Shown one piece after another: positions 32,301 to 41,374 of a stretch of 43,686 bases of DNA. The position numbers and the translations under genes are program-made. This stretch comes from Verrucomicrobiota bacterium. Lineage in GTDB: Bacteria > Verrucomicrobiota > Verrucomicrobiia > Limisphaerales > JADLHS01. Under the pieces are notes generated by a model that made no database searches, was not told the origin of the DNA, and saw only the letters and a program-made list of their open reading frames with translations. The stretch covers positions 1 to 43,686 of the forward strand of contig WBXK01000003.1 of assembly GCA_008933055.1 (NCBI GenBank), given 5' to 3'. Position 1 is the first letter of the stretch, and each line of letters opens with the position of its first letter.

Positions 32301-35094
32301 TGGAGATCGCGGCGGACATATTGTCGCTACAGGAACACCCGAAGAAGTGGCGGACTGCGAGTCAAGTCACACGGGCATTTTTCTGCGAAACGTCCTGACT
32401 GAACAAAGCGGAAATGGAAAAGCACCGAAGCGGCGCAACCCCGCCCTATTTCCCATCTCCTATGTGCCATCTCCTATTTCGATCAGCGGCGCGAGAGAGC
32501 ACAACCTCAAAAACATCTCACTGACGATCCCGCGGGATCAATTCGTCGTCATCACCGGCGTGAGCGGTTCGGGCAAGAGCACACTGGCGTTTGATCTCCT
32601 TTTCAATGAGGGCCAGCGGCGCTTTCTCGATTCGATGAACGTCTATGCGCGACAATTCGTCGAGCAGATGGCGCGGCCCGACGTCGACTTGATCACTGGA
32701 ATTCCGCCCACGGTCAGCATTGAGCAACGTACCACGCGCGGCGGAGGCAAGAGCACCGTGGCAACCGTAACCGAGATTTATCATTTCATCCGCCTGCTCT
32801 TTGCGCGACTCGGCACGCAGTATTGTCCCGACTGCCAGTTACCGGTCGAGGCCCAGAGCCGCGACGAGCTTGCGAACCATCTACAATCGGAACTTAAGCG
32901 ACGTGGCGACCTCTTGCTGCTCGCGCCGATCGTGAAGAACCGGAAAGGTTTTCACACCGATGTCGCCGAGTGGGCTGCGAAACGTGGCTACAAACAAATC
33001 CGCGCAGATGGAAAAATTCACGACTCAAGCAAAGCCTTTCGAATGGATCGATTCAAGGAACACGATGTAGAGATCATTCTCGGCGTTGTGGAGAAAGGCA
33101 AAGGTAGCGTGGGACAGGAATTGGTAGACGAGGCGCTCAAGCTGGGTCACGGCACGCTCTACGCGCTGGATAATCAGAAGCAGCTCACTATTCATTCGAC
33201 CGAACGCGCCTGTCTAGGTTGCAATAAGTCTTTCGCTCTATTGGACCCAAAAAACTTTTCCTATAACTCCGCGCAAGGTTGGTGCACTAAATGTCGTGGC
33301 TTCGGCGAGTTGTTTTATCTGCCCGATGTGGAACGCGGCGCGGACGCCGATTCTATTGAAGAGAGCTGGTGGAGCTGGGCCACGGAGCGGGAAGTATGTC
33401 CCGAGTGCCATGGGGCACGCTTGAATCCAGTGGCGCGCGCTGTTCGTTTACGATTCGGAAGCGGCAAAACTGAGTCGCCGACGATTGATGCCTTCTCCGG
33501 GCTCGATGTGGAAGCGGCTTTCGATTTTGTTCGCAAGCTGAAGTTTACGGATCGCTCCGCCGAGATTGCCCGCGACATCATTCCTGAAATCCGTGAACGT
33601 TTAAGGTTTCTTAAGGAAGTCGGCCTAGGTTACATGCAGCTCGGCCGCGCCGTGCCCACTCTTTCCGGCGGTGAATCGCAACGCATCCGCCTCGCCGCAC
33701 AACTCGGTTCAAATCTCAGTGGCGTGCTATACGTGCTGGACGAACCGACCATCGGCCTCCATGCCCGCGACAACGAGCAACTGCTCGACGTGCTCCAGAA
33801 ACTGCGCGGGCGCGGCAACTCCGTAGTAGTCGTCGAGCACGATGAAGACACGATGCGCCGCGCTGATCACGTCATTGATCTTGGGCCGGGCGCAGGCGTG
33901 CATGGCGGGCGTGTCGTGGCGAGCGGGACACTTGCCGAGTTGGCAAAACACCCTGAATCCGTCACCGGCCAATGCCTGCGGGCAGAAAAGAAATTTCCTG
34001 CGCGGGGTGAACGGAGAAGCATTGAAAACGGTAAAGGGAGAAAGGGAGAGGGGGCAATGCTTACCCTCCGCAATGCGGCATTGAACAATCTCAAAAAGCT
34101 TACGGCGAACATTCCGCTCGGAAGGTTTGTTGTCGTGACCGGTGTGAGCGGCTCAGGCAAAAGCACCTTGATCCGCGAATGCTTGCTGCCGGAGTTGCAG
34201 GCAGTCGTGGCACAGAAGTCATCGGGGAAAAGCAAAAACCTGTCTGGCTTTGAATCGCTCAAGTCCGTTTACGAAGTGGATCAAGCCCCTATCGGCCGCA
34301 CTCCGCGCTCGATTCCCGCGACCTATGTGGGCTTCTTCGATGACATCCGTGCGTTGTTCTCACAAGTCCCCGAGGCGCGGATGCGCGGTTACTCGGCCAG
34401 CCGCTTCTCCTTCAATAGCTCGCAAGGGCGTTGCCCCGAGTGTGAAGGGGCAGGCCAGATCAAGCTGGAGATGAACTTTCTACCGCCTGCGTTTGTACGT
34501 TGCGAAACCTGCAACGGCACGCGATTCAATCGCGAAACGCTCGACATCGAATACTCCGGGAAAAACATCGCGCAAGTGCTCGACTTGTCCGTGGAGGAGG
34601 GCATTCAGTTTTTCGCTAGCGTCCAGAAAATCAAGCGCGCGCTCGAAGCCTTGCACGATACCGGACTGGATTATCTCAAACTCGGCCAGCAAAGCCCGAC
34701 GCTGAGCGGCGGCGAGGCGCAGCGCGTGAAACTGGTGACCCACCTCCTCACCGGCTTGAAGCCCGGACTGGATCTGGCACAAATGGCGAATCGCCGAACC
34801 AACATCGCAAAAAAAAATCTATTCATCCTCGAAGAACCGACTATTGGTCTGCACATGGCGGACGTGCGGCGGTTGGTCGGGGTTTTGCAACGACTCGTGG
34901 ATGCGGGACACTCCGTTATCGTCATCGAACATAATCTGGATTTGATTGCAGAGGCGGATTGGGTGATTGATCTCGGCCCGGAAGGTGGGGCGGGTGGTGG
35001 GCAGATTATTGCCGAAGGAACCCCCGAAGACATCGCCAAGAACAAGCACTCGCACACCGGGCGGTTCTTACGTAAGTTAATCGTAACAACATGA
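29362..35094 (+). CDS. uvrA: excinuclease ABC subunit A, double-length (two UvrA units, 1910 aa)
   Basis: Four Walker A motifs (GLSGSGKS, 3x GVSGSGKS), four LSGGE signatures, repeated CxxC zinc modules and two EGQRR motifs. Confidence 0.95.
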   Translation: MSEPKSSAVIRLRGVRHNNLKNFDLDLPLHRLIVITGLSGSGKSSLAFDTLYAEGQRRYLETFSPYARQFFDRMDKPQVDSIEGIPPAIAIEQRNAVRSTRSTVGTMTEICDHMKVLWPHLAQLQCRSCGQPVRKDSPQSVWEQLSAEHGIQSAELLIAFDLPISQKLSLEESLALISKQGYQRLLLDGEVIRLDDAPTHSALCPPHSALTVVQDRIKLAPTSRSRFIEACEQAYHFGKGKLSISEINPTSPNLNPRQFSNRLHCATCDIEYPETSPALFSFNHPLGACPTCKGFGRTITIDYELAIPDRSLTLAQGAVKPWRTGMSAECQTDLKKFCKSSRVPMDVPFNQLSAEHQRWIIEGDKDYGIDEDHQWPRAWYGVKGYFRWLESKSYKMHVRVLLSRYRAYTKCPTCDGARLKPGALLYLLATEKKKLTLPNFYALPVRDALDLIESLANTRTPDARLQTQDPITHALGEVRARLAYLNEVGLGYLTLDRPTRTLSGGETERVNLTTCLGTRLVNTLFVLDEPSVGLHPRDTDRLVRILEKLRDTGNTVVVVEHEASVMRAADQIVDIGPGHGATGGEVVFQGTLPELLKSNRSLTGQYLSGRKQIEIPKRRPLTSDTSRVKITNATRHNFNNVSVEIPLGRFVAITGVSGSGKSTLIRDILLPALQAKLQNLDAAVAKASDRMDSDEDSKTNEDETSSIHSPPSILSGFESLSQVVLVDQSALGKTPRSNPAVYIGAFDDIREVFAQSEVAKQRGLNANAFSFNSGVGQCEKCRGAGFEKIEMQFLSDIFIRCPDCNGRRYRQHILDVKISAAKAKQDFSIGDMLEATVDEAIEFLSGLPDSKPAERAATSLKFLQEVGLGYLRLGQPINTLSGGESQRLKLVRHLAEAVAAAYDRRNKEATGNHGHRPQPQQKPTLFLFDEPTTGLHFDDVRVLLQAFQRLVDAGHSVLVIEHNLDVIKCADWVIDLGPEAGDRGGHIVATGTPEEVADCESSHTGIFLRNVLTEQSGNGKAPKRRNPALFPISYVPSPISISGAREHNLKNISLTIPRDQFVVITGVSGSGKSTLAFDLLFNEGQRRFLDSMNVYARQFVEQMARPDVDLITGIPPTVSIEQRTTRGGGKSTVATVTEIYHFIRLLFARLGTQYCPDCQLPVEAQSRDELANHLQSELKRRGDLLLLAPIVKNRKGFHTDVAEWAAKRGYKQIRADGKIHDSSKAFRMDRFKEHDVEIILGVVEKGKGSVGQELVDEALKLGHGTLYALDNQKQLTIHSTERACLGCNKSFALLDPKNFSYNSAQGWCTKCRGFGELFYLPDVERGADADSIEESWWSWATEREVCPECHGARLNPVARAVRLRFGSGKTESPTIDAFSGLDVEAAFDFVRKLKFTDRSAEIARDIIPEIRERLRFLKEVGLGYMQLGRAVPTLSGGESQRIRLAAQLGSNLSGVLYVLDEPTIGLHARDNEQLLDVLQKLRGRGNSVVVVEHDEDTMRRADHVIDLGPGAGVHGGRVVASGTLAELAKHPESVTGQCLRAEKKFPARGERRSIENGKGRKGEGAMLTLRNAALNNLKKLTANIPLGRFVVVTGVSGSGKSTLIRECLLPELQAVVAQKSSGKSKNLSGFESLKSVYEVDQAPIGRTPRSIPATYVGFFDDIRALFSQVPEARMRGYSASRFSFNSSQGRCPECEGAGQIKLEMNFLPPAFVRCETCNGTRFNRETLDIEYSGKNIAQVLDLSVEEGIQFFASVQKIKRALEALHDTGLDYLKLGQQSPTLSGGEAQRVKLVTHLLTGLKPGLDLAQMANRRTNIAKKNLFILEEPTIGLHMADVRRLVGVLQRLVDAGHSVIVIEHNLDLIAEADWVIDLGPEGGAGGGQIIAEGTPEDIAKNKHSHTGRFLRKLIVTT
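29796..29990. repeat. pair of inverted heptamer arms in frame inside uvrA
   Basis: gagtgcg gaacacg gaatcca gagtgcg (29796-29823) and cgcactt tgccctc cgcactc agcact (29964-29990); gagtgcg is the reverse complement of cgcactc. Confidence 0.75.
30737..30771. repeat. heptamer tandem repeat in uvrA
   Basis: gaacccc agacgcg cgactcc agactca agacccc, encoding TPDARLQTQDP. Confidence 0.65.
31474..31503. repeat. heptamer tandem repeat in uvrA
   Basis: tccagta tccattc tccaccc tcaatcc, encoding SSIHSPPSIL. Confidence 0.6.
32052..32120. repeat. GTAG-type REP-like inverted doublet in frame inside uvrA
   Basis: tgtagcggcggcctatgaccg versus the reverse complement of cggtcacagaccgcaaccaca: 16/21 identical; each arm is itself palindromic. 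Confidence 0.7.
32445..32479. repeat. heptamer tandem repeat at the junction of the two UvrA units
   Basis: cctattt cccatct cctatgt gccatct cctattt, encoding LFPISYVPSPI. Confidence 0.7.
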
Positions 35095-35570
35095 TCGATC
35101 CCTACGAAGAAACGATTCAAGGCGAGACCACGTTACGAATGCCGCTAGGCGGGCGACATGAATTGATCTGCACGCGACTTCAAACAGCGTTGACTGCGAG
35201 CGTTACTGATTTTCCGGGCACAAAGTTACACGAACTTCGCAGCGCGATGCGCGTGGACGCTAACAATCTTCTGCGTCCAGACATCGCTATCGCGACCGCC
35301 GCCACGGGCAAAATCTGGCTCGTCGCAGAAGTCGTCAGTTCGGAAGACCATCACGCTGACACCGTGGAAAAGAAACAGATCTACGAAACGATGAAACTTC
35401 CGCGTCTCTGGATGATTGACCCACGCTACAACAATGTGGAGGTGTATCACGCCACAGAATATGGGATGCGACTAGAACACATCCTCGCTGGTTCCGACGT
35501 GCTCACGGAGAAACTACTGCCGAAGTTTCAGTTGGCGATTGCGGATTTATTTGCTTCGAATCACACGTGA
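35091..35570 (+). CDS. Uma2-family (PD-(D/E)xK) endonuclease-like protein
   Basis: RPDIA, LVAEVVS, D..EKKQIY, LWMIDP and LLPKFQL..ADLF; ATGA overlap with the uvrA stop. Confidence 0.85.
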   Translation: MIDPYEETIQGETTLRMPLGGRHELICTRLQTALTASVTDFPGTKLHELRSAMRVDANNLLRPDIAIATAATGKIWLVAEVVSSEDHHADTVEKKQIYETMKLPRLWMIDPRYNNVEVYHATEYGMRLEHILAGSDVLTEKLLPKFQLAIADLFASNHT

Positions 35571-35591
35571 ACAAGCTTCACGCGCTGGCGC

Positions 35592-36245
35592 TCACCCGAA
35601 GCTTTCCTTCTCCTCACACGGCTCTAATTTAGCTATCGTAGCCATGATCTCGTCTGCGACTTGCTGATAGATCTCCTTCAGCCGTGCCTTGGAACAGGTC
35701 TTCGCCTCTGCACGCAAAGCTGCGAAATCCATCGGTTTGCCGTACTTGGCTGCGATCTTGCGGGGCTTGGGAATCGTTGCGTCCTTGCCGTAGGCCTCGA
35801 AAGTCCCAAACACGCGCACCGGCACGACTGGTGCGTCTGACTTGATCACGGTCAATCCGATGCCTGATCGCGCGTGCTGAAGTTTCCCATCCGTCGTCCG
35901 AGTGCCTTCGGGAAATAGAATGATTCCACCGCCCGCCAGCAAACGATCCATGATGGCCTTGAGTCCACGCGCGCCGCCGCCATCGCGATCGACTGGAACA
36001 GCGTCCCAATTGCGCAAGACCCAACCGACGCCCCAGAAACGAAACAGCGACTCCCGCGCAAGATAACTGATACCGCGATGCAACCCCGTTCCCACCAGCG
36101 GCGGGTCCATGATGCTGGCGTGATTGCAGGCAAGGATGACCGGGCCAGATTTAGGGACGCGCTCCGCGTTGAACCACTCTGCGCGGCAATAAAGTTTGTA
36201 AGCCGTGCGGAAAAACCGCCAGCCGCAGTAATAGACAGGGTTCAT
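35592..36245 (-). CDS. plsC: 1-acyl-sn-glycerol-3-phosphate acyltransferase
   Basis: NHASIMDP and FPEGTRT motifs; overlaps the cmk stop. Confidence 0.9.
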   Translation of the reverse strand: MNPVYYCGWRFFRTAYKLYCRAEWFNAERVPKSGPVILACNHASIMDPPLVGTGLHRGISYLARESLFRFWGVGWVLRNWDAVPVDRDGGGARGLKAIMDRLLAGGGIILFPEGTRTTDGKLQHARSGIGLTVIKSDAPVVPVRVFGTFEAYGKDATIPKPRKIAAKYGKPMDFAALRAEAKTCSKARLKEIYQQVADEIMATIAKLEPCEEKESFG

Positions 36246-36898
36246 CGTCCGTCTGCCTTGAGCCGTGCCTGTATGTCTTCGATCAACAAGCAGCTCGTCT
36301 GCTCGCTCGTCATGTTCGAGTTGTTGATGACCTTCGCACCCAGCGCAATCATCAACGGTGCGGCGGCGCGCTGGCTGTCACGTTGATCTCGATCGGCGAG
36401 ATTTTCATTCACGCCCTCTGCCACGCGACGCTTCGTGCGCTCTTCAAGATGCGCGTCGAGGTAGTATTTGTAGTCTGTCTCGGGGAAAACATTCGTGCCG
36501 ATGTCGCGACCTTCCATCACCATATTGCCGAACTGGATGCAATCACGCTGCGCCTTCTTCATCCACTCGCGCACCCTCGGCACAGCGGCAATCATCGAAA
36601 CGGCCACACTGACCTCCACGAGACGGATTTCTTTCTCGGGAAAATAACCATCCACCGTGAGGCGCACCTTGGCCTCCACGCATTCCAACTTAGTATTCCA
36701 CTTGCGACACGCCACAGCCACGGCTTTGGCGTCATGGAAATCAATGCGCTTGGACAGGCAATACCACGCAAGCGTGCGATACATCGCGCCGGTGTCCACA
36801 TAGACGTAGCCGAGCGCCTTCGCGACCAACTTGGCGTTGGTGCTCTTGCCGCTGGCGCTCGTGCCATCAATGGCGATGACATTAGGATGTTTCTTCAC
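36242..36898 (-). CDS. cmk: cytidylate kinase
   Basis: IAIDGTSASGKST, DTGAMYR, EGRDIGT and RDQRD. Start is GTG 36898 or TTG 36904. Confidence 0.93.
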   Translation of the reverse strand: MKKHPNVIAIDGTSASGKSTNAKLVAKALGYVYVDTGAMYRTLAWYCLSKRIDFHDAKAVAVACRKWNTKLECVEAKVRLTVDGYFPEKEIRLVEVSVAVSMIAAVPRVREWMKKAQRDCIQFGNMVMEGRDIGTNVFPETDYKYYLDAHLEERTKRRVAEGVNENLADRDQRDSQRAAAPLMIALGAKVINNSNMTSEQTSCLLIEDIQARLKADGR

Positions 36899-36914
36899 AA
36901 TCAAAAAACTGAGC

Positions 36915-36975
36915 TTAGAAAGAATTCACATCATTTTCAGAATTGAATTTTGTGAATTCGGTTAATTCTGCCTGA
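36915..36975. repeat. inverted-arm repeat element in the aroA-cmk spacer
   Basis: Three AGAATT-like units at 9-bp period (36921-36944) mirrored by three AATTCT-like units (36946-36969). Confidence 0.7.
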
Positions 36976-36976
36976 T

Positions 36977-38323
36977 TTAATCCGCAAACAAATCTTCCCC
37001 GGCCAACTTCCGGGTGCGTTGACCGTCTTTGACTTCCCAAATCTCTACACCTAAGCCGTTCGGCGGCGCGGCAGCCAACTTCTGGAAAAAATTGGGGAAC
37101 GTCTTCTTTACACAGGAAGGATTCTTGAGGCGAATGCCCGGCACTTTCAATCCCAGAATTGCGAAACACATCGCCATACGATGGTCGTTGTAGGTCTCGA
37201 TCTCTGCGCCGTGGAGCGTTTGGTCAGAATATACCGTCAAAGCATCGCCATTCTCGACAACATGAGCGCCAATTCTTGTTAGCTGCTCGCGCAAAGCCAC
37301 AACGCGCTCACACTCCTGAACTCGCAATCGACCAAGATCAGTAAACCGAATCGGTTCAGCCATCCCGGTTGTCCCGAGCGCTTGATTGAGAGGCGCTTTG
37401 GCGATCGCAGTCATGATACTGTCGCCGAGATGAACCTTTCGCGATAGAAAACCGCTCAGCTCAACCAGATTACAATACTTGGGATAGTCAGAGTCGATCT
37501 GCCAGGTTGTCTTAGGCCAATGCGCAACGGTAATCCAACCCATCTCTGGGTTCTTTCGAGCAATCCACGCCACCCAATCCGCCGCTAAAAAATAGCTCCC
37601 GCCCGAAGCGTCCGGCTCAATCTGGAATTTACCGCCACCCCAAGGAAATGCTTCTACCAATCGCTCGGTCATGGTCACGTATGGTGCTTCCTCGTCATCA
37701 TCGCCAGCCAAATCGACATGCCAACAGCCGTGTTTGGCAGAAAGCTTCAACGCCGAAGCGAATTGAGAACTTTCGTCGATGCTCACTGTGCAGCTTCTTA
37801 CCTCCGCTTTCTCTCCTCGCACCTGCCCTTGAATTACCGCGGGCAACTTTTCATTCGTTGCGTCCACGCGATAGCCAAGCTCGCGAAGCGCCTGGAACAG
37901 CGCTGCCTGCGGACGCTCGTGCATTCGCGACACACCGCTCAATCGATACACGCCAGCACCGAGACAGACCATCGCCGCCAAAAATCGCGCCGCCGTGCCC
38001 GCATTGCCAACAAACAATTCTAGCGGCTTCTCCGCCGTACCCGCCTTGGGAATTCTGCCGCCCTGCCCTTGGACCGTGATAGTGCGATTACAAAACTCCG
38101 CCGGATCATTCTCCACGCGCACATCAAAGCCCATCGTCCGCAACGCCTCGGTCATCACCTGCGTGTCTTCGCTCCAGAGCGCGCCAGTCAAAGTCACCTC
38201 ACCCTCTGCAAGCGCCGCGAGTATGAGAGCGCGGTTCGTGATGCTCTTCGAACCCGGCACGGTGATTTCCGCGCGCACGGATTTGTCGGGAGGGACGATT
38301 TCGATGAGGTCGGGTAAAGCCAT
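36977..38323 (-). CDS. aroA: 3-phosphoshikimate 1-carboxyvinyltransferase
   Basis: PGSKSITNR, GNAGTAARF, SSQF, LRVQECER, DHRMAM and CVKKTFP. Confidence 0.95.
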   Translation of the reverse strand: MALPDLIEIVPPDKSVRAEITVPGSKSITNRALILAALAEGEVTLTGALWSEDTQVMTEALRTMGFDVRVENDPAEFCNRTITVQGQGGRIPKAGTAEKPLELFVGNAGTAARFLAAMVCLGAGVYRLSGVSRMHERPQAALFQALRELGYRVDATNEKLPAVIQGQVRGEKAEVRSCTVSIDESSQFASALKLSAKHGCWHVDLAGDDDEEAPYVTMTERLVEAFPWGGGKFQIEPDASGGSYFLAADWVAWIARKNPEMGWITVAHWPKTTWQIDSDYPKYCNLVELSGFLSRKVHLGDSIMTAIAKAPLNQALGTTGMAEPIRFTDLGRLRVQECERVVALREQLTRIGAHVVENGDALTVYSDQTLHGAEIETYNDHRMAMCFAILGLKVPGIRLKNPSCVKKTFPNFFQKLAAAPPNGLGVEIWEVKDGQRTRKLAGEDLFAD

Positions 38324-38332
38324 GCTTCGTTA

Positions 38333-38419
38333 AGCCACAGATGAAACACAGATGAAACACAAATAAGAATGCCGACTCGGAGAAAGCCACCTGAGCAGCA
38401 TCTGTAGGAATTTGTGGCT
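38333..38419. repeat. inverted-arm repeat element in the tyrA-aroA spacer
   Basis: agccacagatgaa acacagatgaa acacaaat (11-bp units) ... atctgtagga atttgtggct; terminal inverted repeat matches 9/10. Confidence 0.8.
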
Positions 38420-38424
38420 GAAAT

Positions 38425-39309
38425 TCATTCTAGGGAAGGCGACGCGCAGCAGGCACACCAGTTATCGCGACGCTGCTTGGCGGTTTCATAAAACTTCGCG
38501 ATGGCCTTCGCGTCGCCACGTTTTAGGGCAGATTGAAACTTGTTCAACTCGGCGATAAATCCACTCAACGCCCGCCCGATTTGTTTACGATTGGTCACCG
38601 CGATGTCCCGCCACATTTCCGGTGAGCCTGATGCCACCCGGGTCGTGTCGCGAAAGCCGGTGGCGCAAAGCAGCGCCTGCTCCTTCGGCAGTTTGGGATC
38701 AAGCACGAGATTCGCCAGCGTGGCTGCCATCAAGTGCGGTAGATGACTGGAACGGCTGACAAACGCATCATGCTCATCGGGGGAAGCACGCAGCAACCGC
38801 GCGCCGACATCTTTCCAAAGCGTCTCCACCTTGCGCCACGCCGCTGGATTAGTGTTCTGCGTCGGAGTCACCACACAAACCGCGCATTCAAACAATTCAG
38901 CACGCGCCGCCAGCACGCCCTGTTTCTCACCGCCCGTCATCGGATGGCTGCCAATAAAGTGCGCTCCAGCCTTCGCGACAAGCGATTCCAACTCGCGCAC
39001 CACGCTGCCCTTCACGCTGCCGACGTCGGTGATGATTGCGCCGCGCTTGATTGCGGGGAGCATTTGGCGCATCAGTGGCTTCATCTGCGACAACGGCGTA
39101 CACAGCACGATTAAATCAGCGCCGGAAACCGCCGCGAGCAGATCAGTAGTGGCGTAATCTGTCGCACCCGCGCGTTCACATTCCTTGATGCTCACCTCGC
39201 GCCGAACGTATCCCGCAATCTCTTTAGCAAGTTTACGTCGGCGCAGCGCCAAGCCGAGCGAACCGCCCAGCAAGCCCACGCCTACGAGTGTGATTTTATT
39301 CCAACGCAC
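38425..39309 (-). CDS. tyrA: prephenate/arogenate dehydrogenase
   Basis: VGVGLLGGS, TDVGSVK, HPMTG, EHD....SSHLPH and GFRDTTRVASGSPEMW. Confidence 0.93.
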   Translation of the reverse strand: MRWNKITLVGVGLLGGSLGLALRRRKLAKEIAGYVRREVSIKECERAGATDYATTDLLAAVSGADLIVLCTPLSQMKPLMRQMLPAIKRGAIITDVGSVKGSVVRELESLVAKAGAHFIGSHPMTGGEKQGVLAARAELFECAVCVVTPTQNTNPAAWRKVETLWKDVGARLLRASPDEHDAFVSRSSHLPHLMAATLANLVLDPKLPKEQALLCATGFRDTTRVASGSPEMWRDIAVTNRKQIGRALSGFIAELNKFQSALKRGDAKAIAKFYETAKQRRDNWCACCASPSLE

Positions 39310-39316
39310 ACGGGAA

Positions 39317-39351
39317 GGATAGCGGATGGAGGATGGAAGATGGAAGATGGA
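39317..39351. repeat. heptamer tandem repeat upstream of tyrA
   Basis: ggatagc ggatgga ggatgga agatgga agatgga. Confidence 0.85.
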
Positions 39352-39369
39352 AAGTAGCCCGGCGTGAGT

Positions 39370-40452
39370 TTAAATCTTTTGAACCGGAACCAATCGGCCT
39401 CTATCGCGCGCCGAAGCGAGACATGCGTCTAGGACGAGTTGCGTCTTCAGGGCTACTTCCGGCCAGAATTCGTTCAGCTTACCGGACTGAACGTAGGCGG
39501 CAAAATTGCGGATCATCAGAGTGTCTTGCGCGGTGGGATGGCCGAGTTGCGGCAATGCCCCGGCGTCGAGCGGCACAACTGTGCCCGTCGCCGCAGGGAT
39601 ACGATGCTCGGTCGCGTTGATGTCATACGCGGACTCGTAGCTGTTGCGTGGATGCACATAGTCGGCCGTGCGCAGCGTTCCCTGCGTGCCCATAAAGCTG
39701 ACCCATTGCTGAGCCGCAATGGCAAAGGAACAATGGAAGCCAGCAGAGACGCCATTCGCGAAAAACAGTTCGCCGGAGAACAGCGTTGGCGTCACGCCGT
39801 CAGCCGCGACTGCTAAGATGCGTCCGGCGGCGGTCGGCAGCTCCCAATTCATCGCGAACAATGAGATCCGGAGGCAATAACAACAGAGATCACCGAGACA
39901 GCCGTAGGGTTTGAGCGAACTCTGCACGCGGATGTTCGCTGGGAAATTGGGATTGTCGCCGAGGAAGCTGAACTCCGACGCGATGCGACGCAGCGGCCCA
40001 ATGCGATTTGCGTCATCCAGCACCGCCCGCACCAAGGCGAGGCGCGGATGATGCATGAACATGACGCCGTCCATGAACTGCACGCCATATTGCCGGCAGA
40101 CGGCGAGCATCTCGCGCAAGTCTGCCGCGTTCGCAGCGCAGGGTTTTTCCCTGAACACATGTTTGCCGGCTCGGACTGCTCGGATGACCCATTCCTTGCG
40201 CACCACCGTCGGCAACGGAATGTAAACTGCATCAATCTCGGGAGTGGCGAGCGATGCTTCGTAGCTACCATGAACTTTTGGCGCAGGCTCGAAAGTCGCC
40301 TGCACCTGACATTCGCGGATGAATTGTTGACCACGCGCCACGTCGCGGGCCGCGAGAGCGGCGGCGACGCCATTTCCGGAATTGAAGAACGCCTTCCAGT
40401 TTTTGGGGGCGATGCTCGCCGCGCCGAGAATCCCCCAACGGAGTTTGGTAAT
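39370..40452 (-). CDS. Gfo/Idh/MocA oxidoreductase lacking a canonical start codon (possible pseudogene)
   Basis: In-frame ITKLRWGILGAASIA begins at ATT 40452, with an in-frame TAA just upstream. Also DAVYIPLP, KHVFREKP and MDGVMF. Confidence 0.75.
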   Translation of the reverse strand: MTKLRWGILGAASIAPKNWKAFFNSGNGVAAALAARDVARGQQFIRECQVQATFEPAPKVHGSYEASLATPEIDAVYIPLPTVVRKEWVIRAVRAGKHVFREKPCAANAADLREMLAVCRQYGVQFMDGVMFMHHPRLALVRAVLDDANRIGPLRRIASEFSFLGDNPNFPANIRVQSSLKPYGCLGDLCCYCLRISLFAMNWELPTAAGRILAVAADGVTPTLFSGELFFANGVSAGFHCSFAIAAQQWVSFMGTQGTLRTADYVHPRNSYESAYDINATEHRIPAATGTVVPLDAGALPQLGHPTAQDTLMIRNFAAYVQSGKLNEFWPEVALKTQLVLDACLASARDRGRLVPVQKI

Positions 40453-40476
40453 GGGTTCAAGTTACCAAAAACAACA

Positions 40477-40532
40477 AAGGAGGAACTCAGAAACTCCAAA
40501 ACATGCATTCGTGAGTTCCTGAATTCCTCCTT
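40477..40532. repeat. inverted-arm repeat element after cbiX
   Basis: aaggaggaactcagaaactccaaaa versus the reverse complement of ttcgtgagttcctgaattcctcctt: 20/25 identical; 8-bp units. Confidence 0.8.
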
Positions 40533-41374
40533 CACACCTTGTCTTTAGAATTGATTGCCGCCTCGCGCGCGCGTTCCAAAACCACCTCCGCCATGAGCGG
40601 CTCGCTGCCGATGGCTTGCGAATACCACGTAAGCTTGCCCAGTTTCTCCGAGGGATTGCGCCACGTCGGCAGCCCGGCGGCGAGACGTTCTTTGACCAGT
40701 CGCTCGGGTTCGCCCAGCAACACCGGAATATCCTCGGCTGTATGCAAGCCATCGCTGATAAAGAATGGCACAACGACGACGTTGCGGGTCGTGGCGGTGG
40801 CCTGACATCCTTTGATGCGTGGGTCTTCGTCCATGTAAATGGCCTGGACATCCGCATAGAGATTTTGCGTGCGGATCAATTCCACCTGTCGCTCGATAGC
40901 CAGGCGCGATTGCGCACTGCGTTCTGTTCCGTGTCCGGCGATGAAGAGTGTGATGTCCTTGGGCTTCGGCGCATGCGGAAAGGGAAATTGTTCCACCACG
41001 CCCCGGGCGCGGGCAAGTAACACATTGGTCATGCTTGGGTGTGTACCGACGGGCTTGGCGTAGATCAGGCTGAACTCTGGGGTTTGGACTCTGGAGTTCG
41101 CGTCCAGCCCCAGTTCGCGAGGGATGACTTCGCCAGCAAAATATCCTTCGCTGATCATCAACGGGACGACGTAAACGCGCGGGGTTTTGATCTCGGCGAG
41201 AACGGCTTTGATCTGCGGCTCTTGTTTCCAGAACGCCTCGCACACCGCTGCGAACATTCCGCGCCGGCGCAACTCAGAAGCGTGCTGCATCACAGGCAGC
41301 GCCGAACCGTCATTGAGGGTCGTGCCATGGCCGAGGATGACCAGTGTGGCATCTTTGAAATTTTCAGTATTCAT
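40532..41374 (-). CDS. CbiX/SirB-family chelatase-like protein (two domains)
   Basis: LGHGT, AFWKQEP, VVPLMISEGYF, AGHGT and VVPFFISDGLHTAEDIP. Confidence 0.85.
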   Translation of the reverse strand: MNTENFKDATLVILGHGTTLNDGSALPVMQHASELRRRGMFAAVCEAFWKQEPQIKAVLAEIKTPRVYVVPLMISEGYFAGEVIPRELGLDANSRVQTPEFSLIYAKPVGTHPSMTNVLLARARGVVEQFPFPHAPKPKDITLFIAGHGTERSAQSRLAIERQVELIRTQNLYADVQAIYMDEDPRIKGCQATATTRNVVVVPFFISDGLHTAEDIPVLLGEPERLVKERLAAGLPTWRNPSEKLGKLTWYSQAIGSEPLMAEVVLERAREAAINSKDKV

